From: the human T2T-CHM13v2.0 reference genome, Homo sapiens
Assembly (NCBI RefSeq): GCF_009914755.1
Contig: NC_060930.1
Reading direction: 5' to 3' (one strand)
Length of the DNA stretch: 64,000 nucleotides
Shown here: positions 44,853 through 58,957 of the stretch, piece by piece
How positions within the stretch are numbered: the first letter of the stretch is position 1
Layout of the letters: each line of letters opens with the position of its first letter
Made by a program: the position numbers and the translations under genes
Notes under the pieces: model-generated
What the model was told of the DNA's origin: nothing
The model's input: only the letters and a program-made list of their open reading frames with translations
Databases searched by the model: none

Positions 44853-47800
44853 TCTTTGAACTTCATATTTAGATGTCTAGATCTCTAGCGAGCTCAGGGA
44901 AGTTTTCCTCAATTATCATCACAAATATGTCTTCCAAGAAGATTTCTCTTCTTCGCCAGGAACACCAATTATTTTAGGTTTGGCTGTTTAACATAATCTC
45001 AAACTTCTTGGAGGCTTTGATCATTTAAAAGAAATGTTTTTTCTTTGTCTTTGTCTCATTGGGTTACTTTGAAAGCCTTTTCTTTAAGCTCTAAAGTTCT
45101 TTCTTCTACTTGTTTGATTCTATTTTGGAAACTTTCCAGTGCATTTTGTATTTCTCTAAGTGTGTCTTTCATTTCCAGAAGTTGTGATTGTTTTTTCTTT
45201 ATGATATCTGTTTCTCTGAAGCATTTTTCCTCCATATCCTGTATTGTCTTTGAAATTTATTTAAGTTGGCTTTTACCTTTCTCTGGTATCTCCTTGAGTA
45301 GCTTAATAATCAGCCTTCTGAATTCTTTATCTGGCAGTTCAGAGATTGCTTCTTGGTTTGGATCCATTGCTGGGGAGCTGGTGTGGTCTTTTGGGGGTGT
45401 TATAGAACCTTGTTTTGTCATATTGCCAGAATTGCTTTTCTGATTTTTTTCTCATTTGGATACACTATTTCAGTGGAAAAATCTGGAACTCAAGGGCAGC
45501 TGTTCAGATTCTTTTGTCCCACAGGGTGAACCCTTGATGTGGTACCCTCCCCCTTTCCCTAGGAGCCAGATTGTGGTGATTGTTCTTGCTATTCTAGGTC
45601 TAGCCACTCAGCAGGGCTACCAGGCTATTGGCTGGTTCTGGGGAATGTCTGCCGAGTCCTGTGATGCAATTTGTCTTCGGGTCTACCAGCCGTGGATACC
45701 AGCACCTGTTCTGATGGAGGTGGCAGGGGAGTCAGGTAGACTCTGTGAGAGTCCTTGGTTGTAAATATGTTTACTGTGTTGTCTTTCTTGAATGCTGGTT
45801 ATGCTAGCAGCGAAGTTGTCATGTGGACAGACTTGGGACCACTGGTTAGCCAGGATGTTTCAGGCAGTGGAATTAGCTGCTGTTTTTTCCTTCATTAGAG
45901 CAGGGTTGTTCTGTTATGAGTTGCTATAATGTTCTGAGTTGGTTAACCTTGAGCCAGGAGGTGGTGCTTTTGAGAGTGCGCCAGCCAGCTGCAATAGTAG
46001 AGGGGGATATAAGCTTGCTCTAATTTGGCCAGGACAAGTATTCAGGCTTCTCAGGTGATGGATGGGATCATAAAGCTCCCAAGAGTTTATGTCTTTTGTG
46101 ATTCACTATTGGACCGGGTAGAGAAATACTATCAGGTGCAGGCAGGATTAGGTAGGTTTGAGCTCAGACTCTCCTTGGGTGGGGGTTGCTGTGGCCACTG
46201 TGGGGAGATCAGGGGATGGTTCTTGGGCCAATGGAGTTATGTTCCAGAGGGAATTATGGCTGCCTCTGTCACCAGGGAAGTGGGCGAAAGCTGGTAGCAA
46301 CAGGCCTCACCCAGCTCCCACACAGTTGGCAAGGCCAGTCTCACTCCCACCGTGCCCTGCTAACCGTGCCAAGTTTATCTCTAGGCAGCCTGCAGCCTGG
46401 GACTCAGATCTAGTCCCAGGCTCTAAGTTTCCCCACTGAGGAAGCAAGCACTGCTTTCAGGCCACACCTTTGCCAATCTGCCACACTGTCAGCCGCATCT
46501 CCACTGTGCTTTCTGCAACAGTTCCTGTTTGCCCCCAGATTCTTCTCAAGAGGGTTTGCACCCAGTCAAAATTATTACAAAGTTCAGATGGAAGCTTCTT
46601 TCACCCTGTGACCCCTCTCAAATTCTGCCAGTTGCCTTCCCCGAGGGCTCTTGTGAGATAGAGTCAGGGATGGCTTCCCTGGGCTTGAGCTGGAGAATGG
46701 GACTGCCTACAAGGCTTGTCCCACTGCTGCTTCTACTTTTACATTTCACAGCAAATCAATTTCAGCTCTAGGTAAGGCTAAATTCTTCTCCCATAATCTG
46801 GATTTTTCAGGTTCCTCAGTGGGGACGTGTGCTTGGAAGCAGATGTGTCCCCTCTCAGACTTTGGGAACTTACGAATTTTCACCTGTCTTGCAGAATTTG
46901 CAATAGCCTGCCACTTCTTTCAAAGGATCTGTGATTTCTTTTGTTTTTCCTGGTATGCTCCTGCAGTTGTTCCTGGAGCAAACGACCACAGAGTGAGTGT
47001 CCACACGCTGTTCTGTCCATCCAAGTGGGAGCTACATATCAGCCCTGTCCCCTATCTGCCATCTTCCCTCTCTTTCAATATGCTTTTTTAATATTATGAT
47101 TTTGAATTCCTTTTCTGGCATTTCATCAATTTTTTTGTTGCAATCTGTTGCTGGAGAATTGTATTCCTTTGGAGGAGTCATATTTTCTTGCATTTTTATG
47201 TTTCTTGTGTTCCTATGCCAATATCTCTGCATCTGGTGTAACAGTCACTTCTTCCAATTTTTGAATTGGCCTTCATAGGAAAGACTTCTTCCTACATATG
47301 TATCTATAGTGATAGTTGGGTAGGGCACTTTAGCTTTGATACTGGAGCATACAGTAATTGCGTGTCCATGATTTTTTGGCTGTAATTACTATCAGTGGTG
47401 TCTATGAATTCCTTAGTGACTTAAACTGCAGTTGTTATTGGAAGCTGTGGTGAGGCTTTGCTGGGGATGGGGACACAAGGTGAGCTGGTCTTCAGGCCTC
47501 AGTGGTGGCAGCAGTAGACTGAGCCTGCCTGTCCTTGGGACCCCAGGTAGCATACGTGGGCACTGGTGTTAGCAGGTCCAGGCAGACCAATCTTTGGACC
47601 TCCAGATGGCTTGCTCAGGTGCCAGCAGTGGCGATGGTGGGTGGCTCTTCAGGTTCCTGGGTGGCATGCATGGGGTTGCCAATAACATTGATGGTGGTAG
47701 ACCAACCCTCTGGCTCCTAGGCAGTATCCATAGGGTACTAGTGGTGGCAGTAGTGAGCTGGGCGGTCCCATCCTTAGTCCCCTAGGAGGAGTATGTGGAC

Positions 47801-48330
47801 GCTGCAGATGCTGGTGGTGGTGGGCAGGGTGGGTCAATCTCCAAGTCCATGGATGATGTATGCAGGTACCAATAGGCTGAGCAGACTCACCCTCAGGCAC
47901 CTGGTAGGGGTGGGTAGAAGCTGACCACAGGCAGGGTGAGCTGACCACAGGCAGGGTGGGTTGATCCCCAGGCCCCAACAATGCACAGAAGCACTGGTGG
48001 GCATGACACCACATGGGTCAAGCCTGTCATCAGCTTCCCAATGGTGGGCACAAGCACAGGCTGTGATGGTCAGGGCTGCTCAATCTCCAGGCTCCCAGTC
48101 AGTGTCCATTGGTGCCAGCAGGGTGGGTGGCCCTGTCCTCAGGCCCAGTGAGGGTTTGCATGGGTTTCTGTGGCAGGGGTCAGGGCAGCTCATAAGGGTC
48201 TTTTTTTTTCTTTTCATTATACAATGCTATATAAAAATAAAGGTCTTTAAAAATTGTTGTTGTTGGGTTTTTTGTTATTGCTATTAATATATTCAGATTG
48301 ACAATCAGTAGTTTAGGCCACTTGGTATCA

Positions 48331-48646
<316 letters not shown>

Positions 48647-48904
48647 TAAATAATATCTACTTATGGTATCATATATTATAATTCTAGTTGTTGTCTTTCA
48701 TCTAGATAGCAGTTAGCCTCCTAAAACTCGGGCTTTCATCCTTCAACTCTCTTGAGTAAAATAAGCATTTAGTATCTTGTACCTCCCACATATAACAGTT
48801 TTAAAATTCATACCAGAGGAGATACATGTGTGTACAAGTCAACAGCCTTATTGATCCCAGAGTCTTATGAGAAGACATAGCATGCACAGGAAAACTTCTA
48901 ATAC

Positions 48905-49060
48905 AAAAAGAGCACCTGGTATTAAGTGAAGTTACCATGCCAGTTAAGCAACTGGCGTATGAACTCATTTAATTCTCACAATAGCGTGAGGAGGTCAATG
49001 TACTATTCATATCTCTATTTTACAGATGAGGAAAGCACAGAGAGGTTAAGCAACATGGGC
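48905..49060 (-). mobile_element. MIR
   Basis: attttacagatgaggaaagcacagagaggttaagcaac core. Confidence 0.8.
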
Positions 49061-50339
49061 AAGCTATTTAATAGGAAGGAGCAGAGCTTTGTACGTTTTG
49101 GGAAAAATGGGTCCAAAAATATAAATATTAAGGCTATTGATACATATTTGGAAATTATTTTAGAAAAAGAAGTGGCTCTTCTCGCATTCCTAAAAGATTC
49201 TAATGTTCAGATGGGGAATGAGTGTATAGCCTAGTCAGCAAATATGTACTGATGGCTGTTTTCTGGAGGCTTTTGTTATATGAATGATGGATATACTGGA
49301 AGGTACTGCCAAGAAGCTGCTTCTCTGAGATCTTCGTACAGAGACTAATGTCACTATGAGCATGTAGTTCTGGGATCTAGACCTGCATTGCTTTGTATAT
49401 TTAGTAGTGGATTGCATTTGTACAGCTTTGCTGGTGTGGGCTCTACTTTACTTCTGGAGCCAGTGGATTTTTATCAAGTTAAGCATTTTACCTGCACTAG
49501 CATTCCATTCTTTACCTAATTTAGTTGTGTAGCAAACCTGTTGAGCATCACAGTTGTGGATTCTTTGGCAGAAGTAAAACCAGTTTATGTTTCAGTAAAA
49601 CTAACACTGAAAGCTCTTTCTATTCCTATGTCCTTTGAGAGTTTGATTCACAATTTCCTTGTTATTGCTCCTTCATAAAACACTGAGTAGAAAGGAGGCT
49701 TCTTAGGACAGAGGGGACTTGTTCCTTTTTTATTTTTTAACAAAAAAAAGAACCTCTGAGAATCCTGTCCCCTACGATGTGGTCAAAACTAAGCCACGGT
49801 GTGGTGTGCCCATATCCATAAACTTGTGTATCTCCATACCTAACAACACTGCTGGGCTCAAGGGAAAAGAATACTGTTTGTGGAATGAATCCATTGTCAC
49901 GTAGATAACCCCAAGCAGGGAAGGCAGCTTATGCTTCCGTAAGGCTTAGCAAAGTCTTCTCATGTGAGAGCTAGCAAATAATTTGAAGATCCAAAATATC
50001 AGGGTCCATTTTGAAAGCTGGGGCAATAGCGGAGGGGATGTCGAAAGTCCTAGTGTATAAAGGGTGGGTCACTTGAGGTGCAGTCCAAAGTCCATGAATA
50101 AACAGAGGTTAGGGGCAGAGGAAAGAAGGCACCTCAGGTAGCCCCTGTTTTCCTTATTTGGTTATTTGTCTATAGCTACCCCACCCTCATTGCCCTCCCC
50201 ACAACACTCCCCCACCTCCCACCAAAAAAAAAGGAAGAATAGAAACTTTTGAACCCATGTGGGGATTTCACAATCATGTCTTTTTTTCTTGGTAATGTTC
50301 TGCTTTGACATAATAACAAATCTGTTTATGTTTGCAAAG

Positions 50340-50410
50340 GATTAGCTATGGACCCTGCTTCTGGAGCAAAACTCAGACAAGGATTTAGTAAATCTTCTAA
50401 AAAAGATTAA
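50340..50410 (+). CDS. ZC2HC1B: ZC2HC1B last coding segment (exon 50340-50424)
   Basis: tttgcaaag acceptor. A phase-1 join gives GLAMDPASGAKLRQGFSKSSKKD then TAA (50408-50410), followed by CAG|gtaaga donor at 50425. Matches my recollection of the ZC2HC1B C-terminus. Confidence 0.88.
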
Positions 50411-50832
50411 CTCCTAGAAGCCAGGTAAGAAAAAAAAATCACCGCTAATCCAGCTGTTGCTGACCAGTTAATGACTTTTAAGAGAATGGATGCATAGTAA
50501 GCAAACTGAAGAGACATCTGGACAAACTCCAAGTTGGGTTAACAAAATGTATGCTCTTGAAACTGACTCTGCTGTTAAACATACAGTTTAAAGAGGATAT
50601 TCAGTTTTTGATTCATGACTTAATAGGAAAGGGGAATGATCCCTCACTTTTGACCTGAAAGGTTACTGCCTTTTCCCTTTTTCTAAGCACCTTACCCTCA
50701 CAAAGAATAGTTCCCTGAGGGTGTGAATTGTTTGTAAAATAATTAAAAGTCTGAAGAGGCCTATGTTATTTAGCATTCTCAATGTGGAAACAATGACATT
50801 CTAAAGTAAATGCCTCTTCTTTCTGCTTTCAG

Positions 50833-51040
50833 ACTGCCTCCCTGAAACCCATCAGCCTGGATGGTTGCGTACCCGAGAATGCCACCTAAGGGGAAGGAAC
50901 GGTAGATGTGATGTCTGTTTTTACACCCTTGATTCTTCTTGAAGCATCACTTAGAACAAGTAAAACTTGCTTCAGATTTTTATTTACTCCCTTTGAAGTT
51001 TTCAAAACAAAAGCATTAAACACATCAACCTGTATAATGC
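50833..51040 (+). other. ZC2HC1B: ZC2HC1B terminal non-coding (3' UTR) exon
   Basis: Strong acceptor cctcttctttctgctttcag (AG 50831-50832) and ATTAAA at 51015-51020. The 3' end is approximate. Confidence 0.72.
51015..51020 (+). terminator. Probable ZC2HC1B polyadenylation signal (ATTAAA)
   Basis: Variant hexamer ~180 nt into the terminal exon. Confidence 0.6.
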
Positions 51041-51507
51041 ATGATTCAAATTCACTTGAAGTTTAATTGGACATTTGATGGGTTTTTAAAGACAATGTTG
51101 CTTTGATGTTAGAACCTTTTTAGTAGACTAGTAATTGGAATACTAACATTATTTACTTACTAGGAAAATCTTTCTTTAACTGGCTTCATTTTATATACTA
51201 GCTGTGAAATCTCAGTTTTGATATTGGTATCTAGTAAGTATTAAATTATAGCTATTATATTTGTTTTAAATGTTTATGTATATACTGTGTAGAAGTGTCT
51301 GACACATACCAATCACACAGACCGTATCTGGGAGGAAACACTGAAGTGGAAGAGAAAAGATTACCAAAATCTTCCATCCTGTGGGAAGAATGTTCTCAGT
51401 GGCCTCAAGCCATTTATTTATCATGGCCAAATCAGAAGCTATCTAATCATTTCTTTAGCACTGATTTATACAGAGCTCTGTTGAGAAGTGACTCTTCTCT
51501 TTGCAGT

Positions 51508-51780
51508 CTTTTTTTTTTTTTTTTTTTGGACACAAGATCTCACTCTGTCACCCAGGCTGCAGTGGTGCGATCTTGGCTCAAGCAGTACCTCCCACCTCAG
51601 CCTCCCGGGTAGCTGGGACCACAGGCTTGCGCCACCACAACCGGCTAATTTTTTATATTTTTTGTGGAGATGGGGTTTCACTGTTGGCCAGGCTAGTCTT
51701 GAACTCTTGAGCTCAAGCCATCTGCCTGCCTTGGCCTCCCAAAGTGCTGGGATTACTGGCATGAGCCACTGTGCCCAGCC
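51508..51780 (-). mobile_element. AluJ in the intergenic gap
   Basis: Antisense Alu with an internal deletion. Confidence 0.9.
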
Positions 51781-52799
51781 TCTTTGCAATCTTAAGGGTC
51801 AATAGACCTCTTTTTGTAGAGTCAGTTATACTTAATTCATAATTTTAAATCCAAGAACTTTTTCTTAACCTCGTAAAATTTTAATTAGAACAATTAAACC
51901 ATTTCTTTCTGTCCAAATTTAAGTAGGAGAATCCCAGCCTACCCTGACTTGTAATGCGGAATATCTGAAATTCTTATGATCTGTATTTTGGGGACTAAAC
52001 TCCAAATGTTATGTTCTGTGTTCAGGAAAATCAAGTATGTGTTGTGGAACTCACAGGAGACAGTAGTAAGCCATGTAAAAGTATCTGTGGAAGCTTCTAT
52101 AAATGGATATCAGGAGGTTTTAGCTTTCCCCTTTTGCTCTGGGAGATTGCTTTCCCTCTGAGAACAAAGAGGGGATATGGGAACTGACTTAAACGTCCCC
52201 AAGCAGTGGACTCCTACTAACGGAATAACTTACATCACTTTGTCTCATTTCCTCCCTGCGGGTTTCATTGTAGTTTAAAGACCCAGGTCTGTCTGGCAGC
52301 TGGGTCTCATAGATTAAATTTCCTTCTCAGTTCCAATCCTGGGTAGCTGTTTGCCCCTTAAGTGGTCATCAATCAGCATCATTGTTAAGGACTGTGAGTG
52401 GGTCAGGTTTTCTCACATTTGACCAGTGGGCTTCTTGGATAGACAGACAAACTCGTCTTCCCTTTCTCTACCTATCCCCACCCTATTTAGCAGTAAAACA
52501 AACAGAAATAGGCCTGTCAGATTTAAGGGGCATAATACGTTGAGAAAATCCCAATAAGAAATAAGTACATTTATTTCTAATTTGGCTAGAAATTAATGGT
52601 AAACACCGTTGTAAAAGTGGATCATGGTAGCCCAGGTTAGACTAAACTCTGGTGGATAGTATTCTGATCTATACATTAGAAATAAATTATGTCACATTAT
52701 AGAATGATTTAAATATTGCATTTTTAGAAATAATAAGCTCTTAGTGCTGTGAATTTAATGGACGCATACAAGCTTCCATCTTAAGTCATAATTATTTTA

Positions 52800-53040
52800 C
52801 TCAAAAAAAGTGAAGTTTCTAATAGATGCTCAGTAGAGGTCAAAACAGTGGTTTCTGTGGGGGAAGTAATGACCAGGAGGGGGCATGAGGGAGCCAGGTG
52901 GAGCCGGAAGTGTTTTCTGTCTTGATCTGAGTGTATGTAGTTCATGTTGTTGACACAGGTGGAGCTGTATGAAAAATTAATCAAGCCAAATTGCAAGATT
53001 TGAAAAGTTTATTATATGTAAGATATATGTTTATGGAAAA
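52800..53040 (+). mobile_element. Ancient L1ME-like 3' UTR fragment
   Basis: Shares gggggcatgaggga and the downstream layout with the L1 3' end at 7020-7165. Confidence 0.65.
53008..53013 (-). terminator. PLAGL1 distal polyadenylation signal AATAAA
   Basis: TTTATT on the + strand. Confidence 0.7.
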
Positions 53041-53202
53041 GCCTCTAAAAACATAAGACAATGGAGCTTTAAAAAAGGTTAGGTTTTACATCTTTAAAAC
53101 TCATTAATAAGATACCAAATTCAAGAGATTATAGTTACATTGTAAAACGTAATCTTCTTTTAATAAAAGCTAATAATGACTGATGAATTACAAATGCACT
53201 TA

Positions 53203-53208
53203 TTTATT
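53203..53208 (-). terminator. PLAGL1 candidate proximal polyadenylation signal AATAAA
   Basis: TTTATT on the + strand. Confidence 0.5.
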
Positions 53209-54115
53209 GGTGATTACAAACAATACTTAAGAACTTAAGCAGCTTGAGTAGTAGTTTAAGCTAGACAGAGCAAAGAAAATTCTTGTTTAATATATATATA
53301 TTTTTAATTCCAGTAATATTTTCTTAAATTCCTGTTAAAAATATAATCAATATTAAAGTCAGCAAAATGCCTTTGACTGACGCCTGGATTATTTTACCAC
53401 TTAACCTGGTTACACAGTGATTTTTTTTTTTTTTTCTGTCAGATGTAACTGACAACCAGTTTAGTCTTTCTTTAAGATAAATGAAGTGATAACTCACATT
53501 GCAGCATCTTGTGGAAAATATTCAAACTACATTTAAAATGCTTCTGTAAAATGGAGAACTCTATTGCTCCACAAGAAAATGTATATGTAAAACTACAGGT
53601 TGGCTATGGTAATAGTAACTAAACTACATCCAACCCTGAAGGTAGAAAAATCCCTGAAAAGAAATACACAGCCTAGTCATAGTATATCATATAAAGGTTA
53701 TTTTCTTATTTTGAAAATTCTCCCAGATTTGGAGAAATCCAAACCTTTCCATAGTTCCCTTACTAGGCAGTGCCACATAAAGTTATTTAGTTAACATTAT
53801 GATCATGGCTTACGATTAAATTCCATATGACAAACACTTATATATAGCAGCCGTCATTTTGGATGTTGGTTATGACAATATTTGCAGTTTGATTACAGAA
53901 CACGCGTTCATTAAATTTGGTACAAAGCATGAACACTCAGGACAGATTGGCACAATACATGCAGTTCGAGAATTCTCTTATCATCTCAAGCCAGTCATCA
54001 CTGAATAAGCCATAGTCCCAGTCTCGTTTTCCAAATCTTTCTCATATTGTAACTGACATTTAAAATGCTTCTTAAAACATCTTCCAGAATACGAAAAATA
54101 CACTTTAAAAATCAA

Positions 54116-55355
54116 TTATCTGAATGCATGATGGAAATGAGGCAGGATGGCAGAGCCAGTGCCAGCTGAGAACACATGAGGGATGGGGGGCAGGGGGAGC
54201 TGGCCCAGGCTCACAGTGCCCATGGCAAGTGGGGGTTCTTGCTGCTGCTGCCCCAGACAGCTTAACCTGTGGGGCAAAGATTCCCCAGGCCCCAGGGCAA
54301 GAGTGCTATTCCCAAAGGTATTTTGGGTAGCAGGAGGGGGCAGCTGCCAGAAGCCCAACAGGGGGGACAGGTCCAGAGAGGCAGGTATTGTTAGGTTCAC
54401 AGCATCTGCAGGCAGCTCCTTGGGCAGGTTTACTTTACCAGCATTTCCCTTAGCCAGATCAAAACCTGGGTTGAGCTTTTGAGGTGACTGAGGCTCTTGC
54501 AGAGGCAAGTCCTCAAACAAACTGATATTGCAAAAACCTTTAGTATCTGCTTTGAGGGGCAGGCTTGCAAGTGGGGAGTATGAGGTAGAAGTGGTGTTGT
54601 ACTTGTGATTGGGAAGGGGTGGCGGAGGAGAGCCAGGGGATACCGAGGGGTGGAGGGAGGCCAGGGACTCTGGCAGCGGCTGCATAGGCTGGGCGGCTTG
54701 TTCTGGGGGACTGAGGGTGAGGCTATGGACCTCAGCTGGCAAGCTACTTGCAAGCCCGTTCTGGGCAGAAGCTCCTAAAGGGAAAGGAGGCAAGGCAGCA
54801 GCCTTCAGTTGGAATGAAGGCGAGATGGTGTGGAAGGTGCTCAGAAGGTCTCCGGTCTGCAAGCTCTCTTTCATCAGCTCCTGTGAGTGGGTCTTCTTGG
54901 TATGCCGGGTGAGGTGATCCTTGCGCCCAAATCTCTGGGCACAGAACTGGCACAGGAAGTCCTTGCATCCTGTGTGGACCACCAGGTGGCGTCGCACATC
55001 CTTCCGGGTGTAGAAGCATCTTTCACAGTGGTCGCACTGGTGCTTCTTTTCCTTGGTTCCGCTAGGGGGCTTCTCTTCCGCATGGGCTTTGAGGTGGTCC
55101 AGTAGCACCTCGGTGCTCCCTAGCTCCAGGGCACAGACCCCACAGGTGAGGTCCCCACTGCTGGCCGCATGGAGGGCCAGGTGCCTCTTATAGCCCAGCA
55201 TGGTGTTGTACTTCTTCCCACACTCCTCACACCCAAAGGCCATTTTGTTGGGGTCGTGGGTCTGGAGGTGGTTTTTCAGGTGGTCTTTCCGGTTGAACGT
55301 CTTCTCACAGTGAGCACACTGGTGAGATTTCTGGGGAGAATGGGTAGCCATATGC
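54116..55355 (-). CDS. PLAGL1: PLAGL1 last exon coding part (end of ZF2, ZF3-ZF7, Pro/Ser-rich transactivation region)
   Basis: Polypyrimidine tract with cctag acceptor (55357-55356). Reads [16 protein letters not shown]...LPHFHHAFR then TAA. The spliced product is 50+1+412=463 aa with 7 C2H2 fingers and a PLAG-family C-terminus. Confidence 0.98.
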
Positions 55356-55545
55356 CTAGGAGCAGAAGGAGAAATTTCACAATAGAGAGTTGTTTTAAGA
55401 GCTGAAGAAAGGTGTAGCAACAATATTATATCAAAATGTTAATAGTTTTCTCTGGGTCTTGGTATAATTTTCAAAATTCTTTCATATATTTTCCAAATAT
55501 ATAAACTTTTATAATTAAGAAAAGCAAGCAATACTAAAGCCATAA

Positions 55546-55865
<320 letters not shown>

Positions 55866-58090
55866 AGAATATTCTTAAAGAGAACATGTTTTTTTAATGT
55901 ATACAGATTTCTGAACAAAGTATGCAAGTATTTAAAAATACCTGACCATGAAAAATCTTTTTCAGGAAGGGGTTAAAGGGGTCTTTTGTACTCTGGAAAT
56001 TCAAGTGACTCAATTTGTCTGCTACCCAGAACCACATAAAGCCCCAGTTTTAGGTTATTGTTCCTAGTTCCTATGTTTCTGTTGTTTGAGACAAAAAGTT
56101 CAAGCCATGGACATGTAACTCTTAGGAGCCTCTTAAAAAGTCCATCCTTAACCTCAGAAAAGTGTCTAATAGGACCCTGAACATCAGCCCACTGCCTTGC
56201 TTTCAGCCTCAGCCTCTGCCTGCCGTGAGATCTCACCACTGTCTTGATTTCCTTCATTCAATGCTTGACTATCAGCTCTTATCTCTGATGCTGCTGCCTG
56301 TCTCTGTTACTTCAAATTTTCCCTCTAAGACACCTTTGACTTACTTCTTAAAGGTCACTGGTAATTTAATTGGCAAAATTCAAAAAGACTTTCTTCTTTA
56401 AATATGAAGCTGCTACTTCTAATAAGAGTTGTAAGTTTGTCTTCAACAATGGCTTCAGGGACAAGCCGTAGTCTGTCTAGTCAATTTGGAATTTCAAAAT
56501 AGCTATTTTATATTTGTGAAGCAGAAATTAGTTATGGAAAGCCATCACAATTCCATCTTTTTCATAGTTCCACTGAATTGCTAACATCTAAACTCACCAC
56601 TGGCTTTTAAAAACTCAGTGGTATAAGGAAACCCTGAGTTTGTCATCCTTAAGCTTTAAAAAGGTTCATTTTAATAACTAAAATGCAGAGCATTACATGT
56701 TAGCATGTCCTATGAAACAGAATCCTTCATTACAACTTGTAGCTTCATATCCCTCAGGGCAGATACCTCCTTTAGGGGTTTTGTCACGAGAGGTTAAAGC
56801 TTGTCCTAACTGACAATTTAAGTGCAGTTGTACCCTGTGAGCTTTCACGTTAGATACAGAAGATTTTCTAACAACTCATTCCGTAAAAGAGATAGGATCT
56901 CTTTAAGACAGTATGTTTAAGTCAAAAGTATACTTAATTACACCTTTCAGCCAACATCTGCCCTATACTGTTTATTCCTGCCCCTTTTGTGGAGCCAGAA
57001 TTGGGGAGGGGTCTACAATAGCAGCCGTTGAGTGGAGGCCCCCACCTAGAGGCCAACTGGAAGCCAGTTCAAAAAATATAAAGCTAATCTGAATCGAACT
57101 GTCATTTTCTTAAAAATAAAGTACAACCTCATACCTCCTTCCTCTGTCACAAAACAAACAAACAAAAACAAAAAAGGCCTGCTGTGTGCATCCCTTCCCT
57201 TCCCTCCAGTACACCACAGCTTGTTTGCACATAAATGATAACATGATGGGTACCGTAAGGCAGGGACAGGAACCAATACGATGGGCATCTGAGAAACCAG
57301 ATTGTGCTGGTGTTTCCACGTTCTAGGTCTATCTAAATAAATGCACAGGTTGGAGAAAGGGTTTTTAGAGCATGTTAGAGGGCAAATAGCCATGTTGTTC
57401 TGCAGGATATCCATATGTATATATATATATCGCAGGAATACATATGAAGGGGGGAGCTGGCTTACACACTCAGTATTTAAACCTTTTTTTTTTTTTCTGG
57501 CCCAGTACTGGTGAACAGGATCCCATAGCTCTTGGGTCAGTTTGTGCCTCTCTCTTTTCTTTCATTATAGAGGACTTTCATCTGATTTGATTTCATTTAT
57601 CACCCATGGGTAGATCAATACCAGGTTAACGACTGCACCTGGTTATTTCCTACCCACTCTTTCCTGTCCTACACCTGTACTACCTGTAAGTGGGGCACAG
57701 TCTGACACCCCAGTAGTACTTGAGCAAGACCACTGCCTTCCAGACTTCACTAGCTCCCACATTTCTGAATTTCTTGACTCTTTCCCTTGCCTGGCATCTA
57801 CTTCTTTCCCTTTTAATTTATCCCTTACTTACTCAACAATCCTGATCTAGAACATTCTCATCCTATAGCTGAAATTACTTCAACGACTTGTTTCTTTCCC
57901 TCAGTTTTTCATCTTACCTTATAACCCATGAAAACAGCTTTAGTATGTCCTAGAGTCAGTACCCAATGCCACCATCTTTGGGTATCATCTGGATCATGTC
58001 AGTGATTTTAGAATTATTTAGAGGTTGATTGCTCACATTAGGACCTCCAACCTTGCCAAATCATCTTTTCTTGCCTGTTGTTGTCTCTAA

Positions 58091-58465
<375 letters not shown>

Positions 58466-58723
58466 TAAAAGCAAAACCGAAAGCATCCTGCCATCTCACA
58501 CTCTTCCAGTCCTTTACTATATCACTGCTTCAGGCAAGAGAGGCGAGAGGCAAGAAATGCTGGGGGCTGAGGCAGGGAAGGCGGTTCTTGCATAAAGTAC
58601 ACTGACAGCTTCCCTTTTTGCCTCTCTTTACACCCTTAACTGAACAAGCCATTTTCCTTGCTAAGAACAACTACCTTCTAAACATGACTTAAGACTTCTT
58701 TTTCAGCGCAGTTTACCATAGTA

Positions 58724-58957
58724 AATTATTTCTCGGAACATGCAGGGTACTGATTCTACCCCTGTCATACCCAAATACACATATACTCAGGTCCTGCGGT
58801 CCACCCTGTGGACCACATGTGTATGAAAAGTCAGCCTTCGGTATACACAGGTTTCACACCCTGCAAATACTGTACTTTCAATCTGCATCTGGTTGAAAAA
58901 TATTTGTGTATAAGCGGACCCGCGCAGCTCAAACTCATGTTGTTCAAGGGTCAACTG
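58724..58957. mobile_element. MER8 (Tigger-family MITE)
   Basis: Ends ggacccgcgcagctcaaactcatgttgttcaagggtcaactg-TA. Confidence 0.8.

Larger units (their letters stand above)
52990..54115 (-). other. PLAGL1: PLAGL1 3' UTR
   Basis: AT-rich, essentially non-repetitive sequence after the stop. AATAAA on the minus strand at 53208-53203 and 53013-53008. Confidence 0.8.

Noticed and set aside
54124-55405. Several + strand and alternative-frame ORFs over the PLAGL1 last exon
   Set aside because: Shadow ORFs of GC-rich coding sequence, with no splice or promoter support.
55356-55423. N-terminal [23 protein letters not shown] of the 435-aa ORF
   Set aside because: Intronic read-through across the polypyrimidine tract and acceptor. 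The true frame comes from the upstream exon.
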